From assembly GCA_964247055.1 (NCBI GenBank), contig OZ176051.1, forward strand, positions 14,322,001 through 14,386,000: a DNA stretch of 64,000 bases, given 5' to 3'. Source of the DNA: Paragordius varius (Eukaryota; Animalia; Nematomorpha). The position numbers and the translations under genes are program-made. A model generated the notes under the pieces. It had not been told where the DNA came from. It saw only the letters and a list, made by a program, of their open reading frames with translations, and made no database searches. Of the stretch, positions 41,276 through 52,883 are shown piece by piece; position 1 is the stretch's first letter; each line of letters starts with the position of its first letter.

Positions 41276-42432
41276 TCAGGTGTAGTTATAAGTCTTTACC
41301 ACTTTTAGGCGAAAAACAGGAAATTTTTGAAAAAAAATATTTTATTATATACAAAATACTGTCCATCAGCTTTTACACATTTCGCCCATCTCTCATATAT
41401 TGTATGAAGGCCATTCCATACATGTCATTTCAGCAAACTATTTAAGCCGTTTTCCAAAGTGCAAAAATATTGAAGTGCTGCCTCAGAGAGTGTGCTCTAT
41501 TGATACCAAGGGATAATTCTCAGTGCACCTGGTCAGTGGAGTCCATATGTGAAAATTTTCCCATCAAAGATATGACTAGTGTCTTTACTGCTGCTAATTA
41601 AGCCGGCATTGTCAAATAGATAAATCTTTTACGTCTTCTGTTCATCCCGATCGTGTTTTGATTAATACACGGTTTATTATCAGGCGACAGCGTTGTGTGT
41701 CAGTTTCACCGGGCTTTTAAAGCTCCTATTGCATATATCACTGTGATCCCACCACAGACATAGATGGTCGCATTTTCAAAGCAATACGGCGTGTTAATAA
41801 ACCGGCTTGGCCGCGTAAAAGCCATATTTTTGCGCTTTTGATTCACAAAAAGCCTGTCACCCATCACAAGAAAAATACCTCAAATGTTGTCAGGATTAGT
41901 TCACTTTGCTATTTTTTATTAGACCTTCTATCTAATTGTGCAGGAACCATAACTGAGTTTATTTGTTGCTTGTAGACATTTATTGGTTTTTTTTGTGATG
42001 AATATAATGCTTCGGTTAATTGTGTTGAATTACATCAGGGTCATCATTCAATAACTCCTGTACCTTATCGGCTTCGCAGTCGTGGTCTATCAGAGCGCCC
42101 AATTTACATTTAATAACTTTTAATATTTTGAAACCATGTTTCACATGTATTAATCGATAGTTAATGCTCACTATATATATTTTTTCTAGCAGATGACTTG
42201 CATTTTTTCGATGGAAGAAAAAAAGGCAATACATGTCTCAAATGTCCTTTAGGCACGAAATTCGACATTATAATTGAATGAAAAAATTAAGACGCTATTT
42301 TTTGGCCGGCTCGACTTGTGCATGTTTGTCGTTTAATGTCGGATGAACAAAATTCGTCTATTTTATTGGCTGCGTACTTTTTGAAAACGTCTTATCTCAG
42401 TAAAACTCGTAAAAACTTATAACCACATTGGG
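41276..42432 (-). mobile_element. Near full-length decayed mariner, the duplicate of the 3780-4592 copy
   Basis: TIR-like ends tcaggtgtagttataag and cttataaccacattggg. It retains the N-terminal region NFVPKGHLRHVL...TCETWFQ...EADKVQELLNDD (Mos1 HTH-like), which is missing from the parent copy. Confidence 0.8.
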
Positions 42433-43101
42433 TATAAGCTGTTTTTAATTAAATATCTTTTAAAAGCATTAAACCATATAAATTAATACAAGTCAGTGGT
42501 AAATCTTTATTAACATAAAATAGACTCTTTCGATTAGACAACAGTAAAAATGTTATTTGGTGATAATACTTATTACATACAGAGGTCAAACACCTGTTGA
42601 GGCTGATATAAATTTTCTCGATATTATACGACGGGTCGAAATGTATGGCACCCAACTTCAGCCGGCACAAGTACTCTTATATTCAAAAATTACAATTTAC
42701 TTTCAAAATAACGACCTTTGATGTCAAGAAAATAATGGATACTCAATCCAATAAAGTCAATGGATATATTGTTTATGTATAAAGTTTCAATAGCTACAAG
42801 TATTTTTTTTAATAAATTTTATATAAATATAGGACCATGACGGTGTAGGACTGATGTTAGCCCTCGCATATATGCAAATCTTTGTATATCAAAATAACAT
42901 TCGAATCAACACTTTATCTTGGGTTAAAATTCGAAAATTAAGTTTTAAGCGAAAATTATTTCTCATCAAATTAAGAAGAATTTGTAATATAAATTTAATA
43001 TAAGGAAGATTCTTATAAAATGGGTGCTTTTAACTAAAAAAATTATTGTTATTAATTATTTTTCAGACATTACATTAATATTTATTTGTGCGATCTAGTT
43101 A

Positions 43102-43142
<41 letters not shown>

Positions 43143-43480
43143 AAATAGGTTTACTATAAGAATACCGGTGAATTTTATTTCAAAACACGAAATCAAAGAA
43201 ATTTTTTTTGGAAAAATGTGTTAAATATCACACATTTTTGCGCATGCCTACCAATCAAATGATTAAAGGATCGGTTTATAGTAAGATATTGCGTTTATAA
43301 ACATATACCATTTACAACGTATAATTTTTATATAATAATCATAAATGTACTAAAAATTACCATAATAAGATATGCCAGCATCCAAATCTTAATAGACGTA
43401 TGCAATAATTTTTGTCATTCCTGTTCCGTACCGATAGGAAAAAATATTTAAAATTTTATTAAAATAAAAAAGCATTTTTT

Positions 43481-44941
43481 TTATAAAAAACAGTAACGTG
43501 ATTTAAGCATAGTAAGGTATTGATTACACTTCCGCCATAGATTGGTATCCACATAGATGAAACCTAATACCAGAATATTTAATTCGCCTAAAGCCAAAAG
43601 ATTTAATATTAATCGGTAAGGTAAGATAACTGGATTTCGATTAACTATGTTTGCATTTTTCAATAGATATAAGGTATCCGCTATAAATTTTGGTAAAATT
43701 AATGCAACATACAAAAACATAAGGTACGTGGTAAACATGGCTTTTTTCACAGCCATATCCCAAATGTTGGGTATAACAATATGTGTTTGATTAAACAAAA
43801 TCTGCTCCCCGGCGGATAGTTGTTTTTGGGTTTTGTTTGAGCCATTGTCATGCATATTAGTAGGTTGGTTGGAGGTGATAGAAGCAATTCTTATATTTCG
43901 ATTAGCTGTTATAACATCACCCACACTTGCAAATTTAATGGATTGATACACTAAAGCCGTTAGTTTTTCCCCGACAGTTTTAGGATTTAACTGATGTGAT
44001 AATATGTAAGATTCAGCTAACCAATCGTTGGGATCTATTTTTAGTATTCGCCTGTGTCGCGATCTCCGCACCCAAATAAGCCGTATGAGGATGCAATTGA
44101 ATATAATTATTAGTGTAAGAAAGCAGCTCATTAAGATAATATTGTATATGAAAAAATAATTTACCAGTTTGGTATTGAAAATTGTAATAAATACACACTT
44201 CTTTTGAACCATGAAGTACGAACCATTCACGCTAAATATGACCCGTTTATCCTTATCAAAAGTGGAAATGTTTGGATATTCTAGTGTCTCATAAATTATG
44301 GGATCAATCATGTGATTTAAAAAGGTGGTATTTGTTATCCCACCCAAAACATTTAGACTAAATATGTATTGAGTCTTAAAAAAATATAGCTCAGGTAAAT
44401 TTAGGACCAAAAATATTACAGTATTGATCGTTATTGAAAGGTAAAGGTATGTTTTACTTTGTCTAAACTGTCTAATTGCATGACCCCGTTTAACACATTC
44501 AATCCGATCCCAAAAAAAGTAGAGGCGACAAAACATGTTCATTTTGAAAATGGAGGTATATGTGACAAAAACAATTCTACGTGTCCATAATAAAGTGGAA
44601 CACTGCTTGATATATACTTGATGCGTGTTCAGGATTCGAAGCATAATTCGGATAAAGGTTAGTGCTATATAAAACCAATTGTAGTAACAATTCCATTTCA
44701 GGAAATAATATGCATTTCTGTTTTTGTTATTTGAAATGGTATTGTCTTGTAACCATACAACTTTGTACAAAAGTAATGTACACACGAATCCCGAAATAAG
44801 CATTAAACATTTCGTTATGATATATGTATACTCCTTAGCCAATCTATAGGTTGATGAATTATTATTATGATTAATCTTAATTAAGCCCGGAGTTTGAGTA
44901 AAATTATCTTTGTCTTCTGTCAAAGTTATAATATTAAACAT
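43481..44941 (-). CDS. Intronless divergent class A-like 7TM receptor, 486 aa; paralog of 32207-33712, nested antisense in an intron of the FERM pseudogene
   Basis: Intact ORF sharing long identical blocks with 32207-33712: YYFLKWNCYYNW, TSIFKMNMFCRLYFFWDRIEC, TALVYQSIKFAS, PNIWDMAVKKAMF, LLALGELNILVLGFIYVDTNLWR. An AATAAA signal lies ~25 nt downstream of the stop. Confidence 0.87.
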   Translation of the reverse strand: MFNIITLTEDKDNFTQTPGLIKINHNNNSSTYRLAKEYTYIITKCLMLISGFVCTLLLYKVVWLQDNTISNNKNRNAYYFLKWNCYYNWFYIALTFIRIMLRILNTHQVYIKQCSTLLWTRRIVFVTYTSIFKMNMFCRLYFFWDRIECVKRGHAIRQFRQSKTYLYLSITINTVIFLVLNLPELYFFKTQYIFSLNVLGGITNTTFLNHMIDPIIYETLEYPNISTFDKDKRVIFSVNGSYFMVQKKCVFITIFNTKLVNYFFIYNIILMSCFLTLIIIFNCILIRLIWVRRSRHRRILKIDPNDWLAESYILSHQLNPKTVGEKLTALVYQSIKFASVGDVITANRNIRIASITSNQPTNMHDNGSNKTQKQLSAGEQILFNQTHIVIPNIWDMAVKKAMFTTYLMFLYVALILPKFIADTLYLLKNANIVNRNPVILPYRLILNLLALGELNILVLGFIYVDTNLWRKCNQYLTMLKSRYCFL

Positions 44942-47642
44942 TATTACAACTTAACAATATACGCAAGCAAAAATCATATAATTCTAAAGAAATAAAATTG
45001 TTTTGCTTTATAATGATAATGCATAATTTTTTTATTTGTCCCTATTAAATTATTAAAATCAATCATTATATTAATGACGCTCTATGTAAATAAACTATAT
45101 CCAAACATGCTACTAAACCCAAAATAGGTAATTATATGGTGGTTTTAATTTTGATTAATAATTTATAAATATTAAATTTTTTGCATCCAAAATAAAAAAA
45201 TTGTAATGCTAGTGTTTTTTTACGTTTCCTATGCACACATATATAAATATGCCCAATCAATTGGCGCAAATGTATAAAATGTTTTTGGTAAAAGCTTAAT
45301 TAGTATCATTATATATGCACTTTCATGTTTTAGGTAATATTAATTAGTCATTTACGTATTTGAAAAACAAATCTAAACATATTATTTATGTTAAGATAAT
45401 TGCCTACTAAAAATCTTAATACTGAATCTTAATAATACCATTCATTTTTATTTTTGGTTTTTTGCATAAAAAATCGAATTATGATAAATACCATGTATTT
45501 AAAATTTTGCCACTTACAAATACAGAATATATTATTATATAGTTTAATTTCATCATTTTTGAACTGGATCAATAAGTTTACAATAACCAAGATCGTTCAC
45601 CAGAAACTGTAACATGCAGTATCAGTGTAATCCTTTCTGAGTCTAAGACAGTACAAACTCTAAAAATAAGCCCATTTACAACAAACGTGATACCAAGTAT
45701 TTTAACATTTTAGTTTAATATCTGCGCTAAGATTTAATTTATAAAAGTATTATCCATAATAATACACAATTATTGCCGATAAATGGTTGGCCAAAATAAA
45801 ATTAATATTATAATAAATTTTAAAAGATTGGATTCCTTGTCAAGTTACAATGGTACGTCTTTGCATTTTTATTAATAATTTATAATGTATATATTATTAC
45901 AAATAAGAGTAATTGGCAAAAAACCTAAAATATCAAAGCAAAATATTAGCGATTATATATGCTTTTTTTTGAGTAATATACTTAAAGGGTATGAAAAGCA
46001 TATTTAATATTCAAATACGGTAAAGCAAGGGGGGCGCACCGAGACTTCTTCTTCGGCCTGCGGAAAATTTGAAAAATCCATAATTTTCAAAAATATGCTT
46101 ATAAAATCTTAGTGAAATCGATTATGAAACAACTTTCAGTAAATCTATTCAATTGGCAAGTACTATAAAAAATTGTTTTGCATTTTACACAATTATGTAC
46201 GAAAACAATTATATATATTTCGAATGCGGCCCCGTTAATTATATTGGACAAACACCTATAACAAAAATAAATGAGTGTAAGGTTAAAATGTAAAAAATAA
46301 AAATTAAGTTTATAGGTTTAAATTTTACGATTATGGACCCTAGGTTTAGTTTGCTACGGTCAAAAAAATTACTAAACTAAACACAATCTTGTAGGCGGAT
46401 AATGTGATATAAGATATTTGGAAAAAAAATTTCAATTAATTTATGGTTTAATTTAGCGTAAAGCAAACTCAGAGTCACATAAGCATTTTACTATAGCCGA
46501 TTTTGTTATGTTACAAAAGTATCCGGTTTAATTAAAAGACTAATACTATAAAAATATAACCTTATTAAAAAGATTCCAATGATAAGATAATTACCACTTT
46601 GTCAAATATTAACACCTCTTTAACTCAATCTACTCAGTTATCTAATGCAAATTTAGCTAATACCGGTATCTAATTTAGCCTGAGTGCATTTAAATATATA
46701 ATGAAAGTACTATTATAATAAACGTTTTTGAGCGATCTATTTTACAATTAATAATTAAATCCGTTACCTCACCCACAACAGCTTTTAACATAATTCTCCC
46801 TCAATCAATAATCTCCAACTCATCCACTATTAAAAGGAAATTCTATATATATATGAAATATTATTTTAATTTGGTTGTTTTTTCCATACATTGCTGTGTT
46901 GCGAATTGCCCAATTTGGTGTGAAATAAGAAACTTTTAAAATGCATACTGTATATATAATTTTATGTTAGCCTAGATTTTTCAAAATTAGTTTTTTCGGA
47001 TAAAGAGTTACATTAACATTATATGATTATTAAACGCGATATTAGGGATACAAACGTTATAAATGTTTAAATATTTGCAGAAATAGGATCAATTTATGGT
47101 TTTAGATTGCCCTATATATTAAATTTCATTGTTCTCATTATTCCGAGTTGTGAATATACTAAATATTAGTTAAAAATACAACGGTCCCATCAACATTTCA
47201 TTCATTATCTTTTGAATTTTTATGAGATTACGTTTTGGTGTCTATTCATAAAGCCTGAAATTTGTATAATATACATGTGCATTTTATGTCTGTTAACCAA
47301 TTTTATAGCTGGCCATATAAATGCTTTATTAAATGTTAAAAATACTCATCCACAAATGATTTCGTACTTCACCTAGGAAAGAGGATTGACGTGAAAATTA
47401 ACATAGAAATTTGATGGATATTTTGTAATGCTAAATTTTGAGATTATAGCATTTTGTGTTTATATTTGAATTTATTGTTGATACGTATTTAGTTGCGGAA
47501 TTTTGTGGATTTTAATGTTTAATATTAAATAAAAGGTATTTTAAGATTATTTTTGTTAATTATTTCTAATTAAAATAAATAAATACCTGTATATTAAATA
47601 TACCGGAATAACAAAAATTAAGATAAGTGTATTTTCTAAAAT

Positions 47643-49385
47643 TGTTGTGATATTTATTTTTTACAAACACATACATAAATTTTATTAGTTATAATTATGA
47701 ATATGGGTCACAATTGTAATGTCTTTTATTCTACGAATATTTATATAAGTCCACGAATAATGACGCACTAACATAAAAGCCAAAAGTGATTAATATAATA
47801 ATAATATGATTTAAGATAAAAAGACAATCATGCAATGTTGTGTTAATCAACAACATATCATTCTCTTCCTCCTCTAAAAAACGCCTAGGAGGTTTGCGGA
47901 CTCGATCTGGGTGCCTGGGGGCCTCACACTGCCCATCATCAGACCTCAGTTGTTCCGCATGTTTCCCCATCTGTTTCCCTTCTTCATCACTTACTTCGTA
48001 CGAAAATGAACCCGTTCTTACTTCCACCGTTCCCGGTCGCCTTCATTTCGTTATCTCATTTTTTATGAAAATTGGTTGTGAGGGTGTGATCTCTCTTAAC
48101 GGTATTGGTGGTGTACTTTCCTTCGGCACGTCATCTTGCAACCGATTCAACGGTGTGTTGATGTTGCTCTTCAAAACAACGATGCGGGAGTCGTCTTTAT
48201 TTCATTATGCTACTAGTTTCGATAGGCCATTAATACATTGTTTGAAGCCTCTTGATTCTTTATGCCAGTCATCCTCGTAGAACCAAATCTTGATTAAAAC
48301 GTGTAAATAACTCTTTCCACCAAACCATTCGTCCTTGGGTGGGAAGCAGAGGTTACATGATTAATATTCCAGTTTGTCATCTTTTCTCGAAAATTAACGA
48401 TTTACAATAAGTAGCATTATCAGATACTAACATACTTGGAAAACCATAAGAAGCAAACCACCATTTCTCCAATTGTTTCAAAATCACATCAGATGTAATA
48501 CTGCTAAGTATCTCCAGCTCCAGCCATCTGAAAACGCGTCAATTAAAACCAACCAATATTTACCACACATGCGACCCGCGATGTCCACATGGAGTCTTTC
48601 CCATATTCCTACATTGAGGTCCCATTTATAAATCAGATTTTCAACAATGTTCGCACTGTTCCTTTAACAACACTGACAGTCGTGTACTAACTTTTCAATG
48701 TCTTTATCTATTCCGGGCCAAAACACTAACGATCTCACTGTGTTTTTCATAGCAACGAATCCCGGATGCCAACATGAAACCCAGCCAAAATTAGTTTTGG
48801 GGCAGCTGTTGGGAAACCCATCACCAAGTTATAAGAAACCATCAGCTTGTTTGAGATCATATCTCACGGCTTTGAATGCGGATAATGATGTTGACCAATC
48901 ATTATTTTTAAGTGCCATAGGCAATCGTTTAAACAGTTTATCCTCCAAACAATCTTTTTTTATTTGTGTTTTATTTAAATATAAATCCACGAATGCGATC
49001 TGTCGGATTTCTTCGGCCACATATTCATCATCATTGGCTAATGATGTCTGACTCTTTTCGGAAATCTTGAAAACACATCGGCCATGTTTGTCGATCCCGC
49101 AATATATTTTATATTAAAATCATACGCGGCGGCCTTGTAGATCCATCTTAACAATTTACAGTTTTTAATATCACTTAACTTCCGATTGTTTCCGAATAAA
49201 TGAACTAACGGCTTATGATCTGACAACACATTTCTGGCTATATATATAATAATGTTCTAAAAACGCCTAGAATTTTTGCGGACTCGATCTGGGTAACACC
49301 TGGGGGACTCACTCTGCCCATCCTTAGACCTCAGTTGATCCGCATTTTTCCTCATCTGTTTTCCATCTTCACATACTTCGTACGA
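47643..49385 (-). mobile_element. 5'-truncated Gypsy element (RNase H end, integrase, PPT, 3' LTR 47643-47855) plus a duplicated integrase tail at ~49250-49385
   Basis: Remnants: SDHKPLVHLF...LLRW...YDFNIKYIAGSTNMADVFSRFP; WHPGFVAMKNTVRSLVFWPGIDKDIEKLVHDCQC (HHCC); WERLHVDIAG; VSDN; SHPRTNG. PPT agaggaggaagaga. The LTR has TGTTG...CAACA ends. Confidence 0.85.
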
Positions 49386-50777
49386 TAACGTGTTTATGTT
49401 AACTTAATTCAATTGACCTTTTCTATATTAGTTAGCTTATGAAAATATAATGTTATCCTTCTCTCTTACCTTAGTGCATAAGACACTCTTGACCTTGTTA
49501 CGTTAAATATGTTTATTACCTTGGTTATGAATGCTTTAACCTAAATACTGTAATATTGAACCTTATGCAAATATATGACTTGGTTGTGAATGCTTTTAAC
49601 TTCTAAAGGCGATAAGATTGCAGAACTCCCAAGCTTGGAAGTACCAGTCGAAAGATGCTATCCCACCAAAAGCCTCTGACAGATACACAAATCGTTTTTA
49701 AAGTACCATGATAATTTTGATATATTTTTTTATCATATATGTAATCTATCAAAATATTTCATACGCCCGGTTTTGATAATTCAATTTTTTACTAAAAAAG
49801 CCCACTGACATATATCTAAGTAAATAGCTCTCAACTATTTATGAAAGATGTAAATTTTGCTTGAATGAGACAGTATAATACATAAAAAATTAAATGACAA
49901 TGTTGACGCTCGTAAGCCTTAAACATGTGCGCAAAATTAAACCCAATTCCTACTAAAAAAGGTTGGATATGTGCTTTATGTTGACTCGTATATGTTGCAA
50001 TTAAATTTATATATAAGTTTATGTAGTTGTAGGAAAAAAACATTTTTACATAATTTTTTGTAAAATAAACATATTGATCTATTAATAATAGTCATTCATA
50101 AAAACGGTTTATAAAAATTATAAAAATTAATTGGATTTTTTAAGGTTAATATTTTGTTTTTGTCGAAAACAAAGATAAATGAACTATTTGAATTTTCAGG
50201 TTTGTCTTGTGACCGTGTGGTGCGTCCTATGATAGATTCAATAGAGAGAAATAATATATAAATATATATTTAAAATATATATTGTGACTTCAAAAGATTA
50301 TTAAAAAACTGAGACAGATTTAAGCCATTAATATCTAAAAAAATATGATATATTAATTAGTCCATTTTTTATCTCTATTAATTAATTAACCCTAAAACTA
50401 GTAGTTTGCCTTTGAAAATGCGATAAATACCACAGTCAGGAGCCTATCATATAAAAAAAACATTTTACACTTATTTATCTGTAATCTTTGTTAAAATACC
50501 TCATTTATGCAGCCAAGGATTCTTTTGAGGTGTCAAATTAAATTTGATTATAGTAAACATATTTTAGAGTATATCATTATCGATAAGAGCGCGGGTTCAA
50601 GCATTAGGTGTGCCAAATCGTATTAAAATTTCAATAATCATTGACAACCCTATAGCTTTTCAAAGTTTTAATTTAATTATTAAAGCAGAAGAGAGTCTGT
50701 AAAGTCACAATTAATTGAAACCTTACATTGGCTTTTAATTGCTTATCAATATTTTGGAACCAATTGCAAAGTTAAAT

Positions 50778-51326
50778 TTAATATACTTTTTGTGACACGG
50801 TCCTTCGTACCCTAGGTGTTCTTCTACGAATAGTTCGCTGTGGTGTTGATCGCATCCGAGGAGTTATTCTAATTGTAGTTCTTCACTTCTGGTATATTTA
50901 CTAGTTTTCCTTCTGGTTCCAACTCTGCGGCTAAAAGGCCTGGTAAAACTGCCCCTTATTATTATAATCACTCTTGTTGCTAACAAAATATGAATAACAC
51001 TTAACCCTTCGCAAATACAGTTTAATCTTTCTAATTAATAAAAGACCGAGTCTTAACTCACCACGAAAATGTTTTGTAAATTTACATTTTTTCATTCAAA
51101 TTATACCTCTAGTGGACATCATTGTAGTGGATGGTAATGTTTGAATAGTTTCCATAGAAGAGGGACTAATAGTAACAGAGCTGGTTAGAATAAGGGTTGT
51201 TGAGGGAGTGGTTAATAGAGCCGTACTTATAAGAGTTGTCACTGTTGTTGTCAAAAGGCTCTTTTGGGGTCGTAACCATCAGCGAAGTAGTGCTAGGTAC
51301 AGGTGTAGTTGGGCTAGTTGGAACGG
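50778..51326 (-). pseudogene. Two frameshifted exons: Thr/Ser/Pro-rich mucin-like (51326-51107) and Glu/Arg-rich terminal (50939-50778)
   Basis: cag|CC GTT CCA ACT...AGA G|gtataa is 220 bp, a phase 1-1 exon with one extra base in an A4 run; corrected, it reads VPTSPTTPVPSTTSLMVTTPKSLLTTTVTTLISTALLTTPSTT...STR. The next exon reads LLAAELEPEGKLVNIPEV, then after a +1 shift RTTIRITPRMRSTPQRTIRRRTPRVRR. Confidence 0.6.
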
Positions 51327-52444
51327 CTGATTGTGGTTAAAATAAAAATAAATACAATATATAAATTATTTATTCGTCCTAGACCTAAAAATATGAAATG
51401 ATGAATCTGACGTGTACCGCTTGATTTCCATATATCAAGGGCATTCAGAAACAAACATAGTAAATTATTTTAACAAATAATGATCCGAAATCTTTTGTAT
51501 ATAATTTGCCGATACCATGATAATATCAAGTAGTTAGCCTCGCTTTAAAATGAGGTTTTTTGTTGAGCTGTATATTATAAGTAATTAATCCATTCTTGGA
51601 CAACTTAAATTTATTCGACATTTAGTCTCTATATACCTTATAGCCGGGGTCAAACAGTCTACCGCGGTTGATTTCGTGACCGCGAGATTTAAAAATGTGA
51701 CCGCCTTAAAATCTTTAAAAATGTAAAAAACATATTTTCATTTTTTCCACACTAATTTATTTTCATAATTTATATTTATTTTCTGTTCAAAAAAATTTAC
51801 TTGTTAACAAAAATTTATATTTAAAAAATTAATATATTATATTATTGGTAGATATATTTATTCATATGTATTTCCTTGAAAAAAAGTTTAAATTTAACAA
51901 AAAAATAGAACTTATATACTATATTATATAATTAAAAATTCAAGCCATAAAATGATATCGTTGTAGAAATGAATAATTAGAAGATTATTTTTTTATAATG
52001 AACAATGATAACTGTACTTTTTTGATATACAAATCCACCGTGGCTTTGCCTAAAAAAGCAATCCAAAGATTTATTTCTTATAACATGAAGTATTAAAAGA
52101 CACTTGTTGAATCCGTAAGATAATGAATGATGAAAGAAAACTTAATTAATCATTTTCTTACGGATTGAACAATTGTTATAACAAATAATCAATCCGTCAT
52201 TTACCTTTGCAATATCAACTTTATCTTATGTTTCTTAACAAATAGAAGACTGCTTAGTTATTAAATGGATTTCTATGTAATCCCTAAGTAGCCATACTCT
52301 ATATCTAGGGTTAAATTTAATTTGCAGTTTAATTTCGGATTTTCAGTTTAATTTTCACAAATGTCAATTAAATTAATTTAAACTGTCATAACCAACTGCA
52401 TTTATATCAAAATTGCAAAGTTGGATACATATTGAGAACCCCAA

Positions 52445-52510
52445 GTCAAATAGTTGTGTCACACTGATGAGTGCTAACAAGCACCAAACTAGTCTACGAT
52501 TACTATTGAC
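52445..52510 (+). ncRNA. Degenerate minimal type I hammerhead ribozyme motif
   Basis: GTCAAATAGT...CTGATGA-GTGCT-AACA-AGCAC-CAAA-CTAG-TC-...ACTATTGAC. The CUGAUGA box, a perfect 5-bp stem II, a palindromic stem III, a UC cleavage site and distal stem I pairing are present. The GAAA box reads CAAA. Confidence 0.55.
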
Positions 52511-52883
52511 AAAGAGTTTCATATATTATATATAATTTTAATTTTTAAATATAATTTTTAATTTATTTCTAATTAAGTTTTCATACATCTTTCATAATCT
52601 TACGGATTAACAACTGTTATTACAAAATATCAATCTGTCATTTACCTTTATCAATAAGACAATTTAGATACAAGCGAATCAAATTAAAAAATCTTAATTA
52701 TTAATCAAAACTGCAATATATTTGACACATCAAATTAAGATTCGAGATTACATCAAATAAGAAAAATGTTTAAACACTTCATAAATTTGTAGGGCAATTT
52801 TCTATATCTCATAAAACAAGATGAAGTTATTTTAGATTTTTTAATTGTAGATATTAATAATGTTTCCGCTGTATAAATAAGTA

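Larger units (their letters stand above)
36500..46850 (+). pseudogene. Partial unprocessed duplicate (pseudogene) of the FERM gene, homologous to ~1350-8050
   Basis: Exon homologs at 37579-37699 (donor GT mutated to CT), 42583-42670, 42833-42983 (5-bp deletion), 43149-~43318 (stop; a deletion fuses parent exons 5246-5484 and 6054-6128), ~45560-45700, ~46570-46670 and ~46755-46830. Introns also align, for example aagttgcggatcg at 1660 vs 37021. Confidence 0.92.

Noticed and set aside
47840-49051. Plus-strand ORFs 47840-48280 and 48698-49051
   Set aside because: They are antisense to Gypsy integrase remnants.
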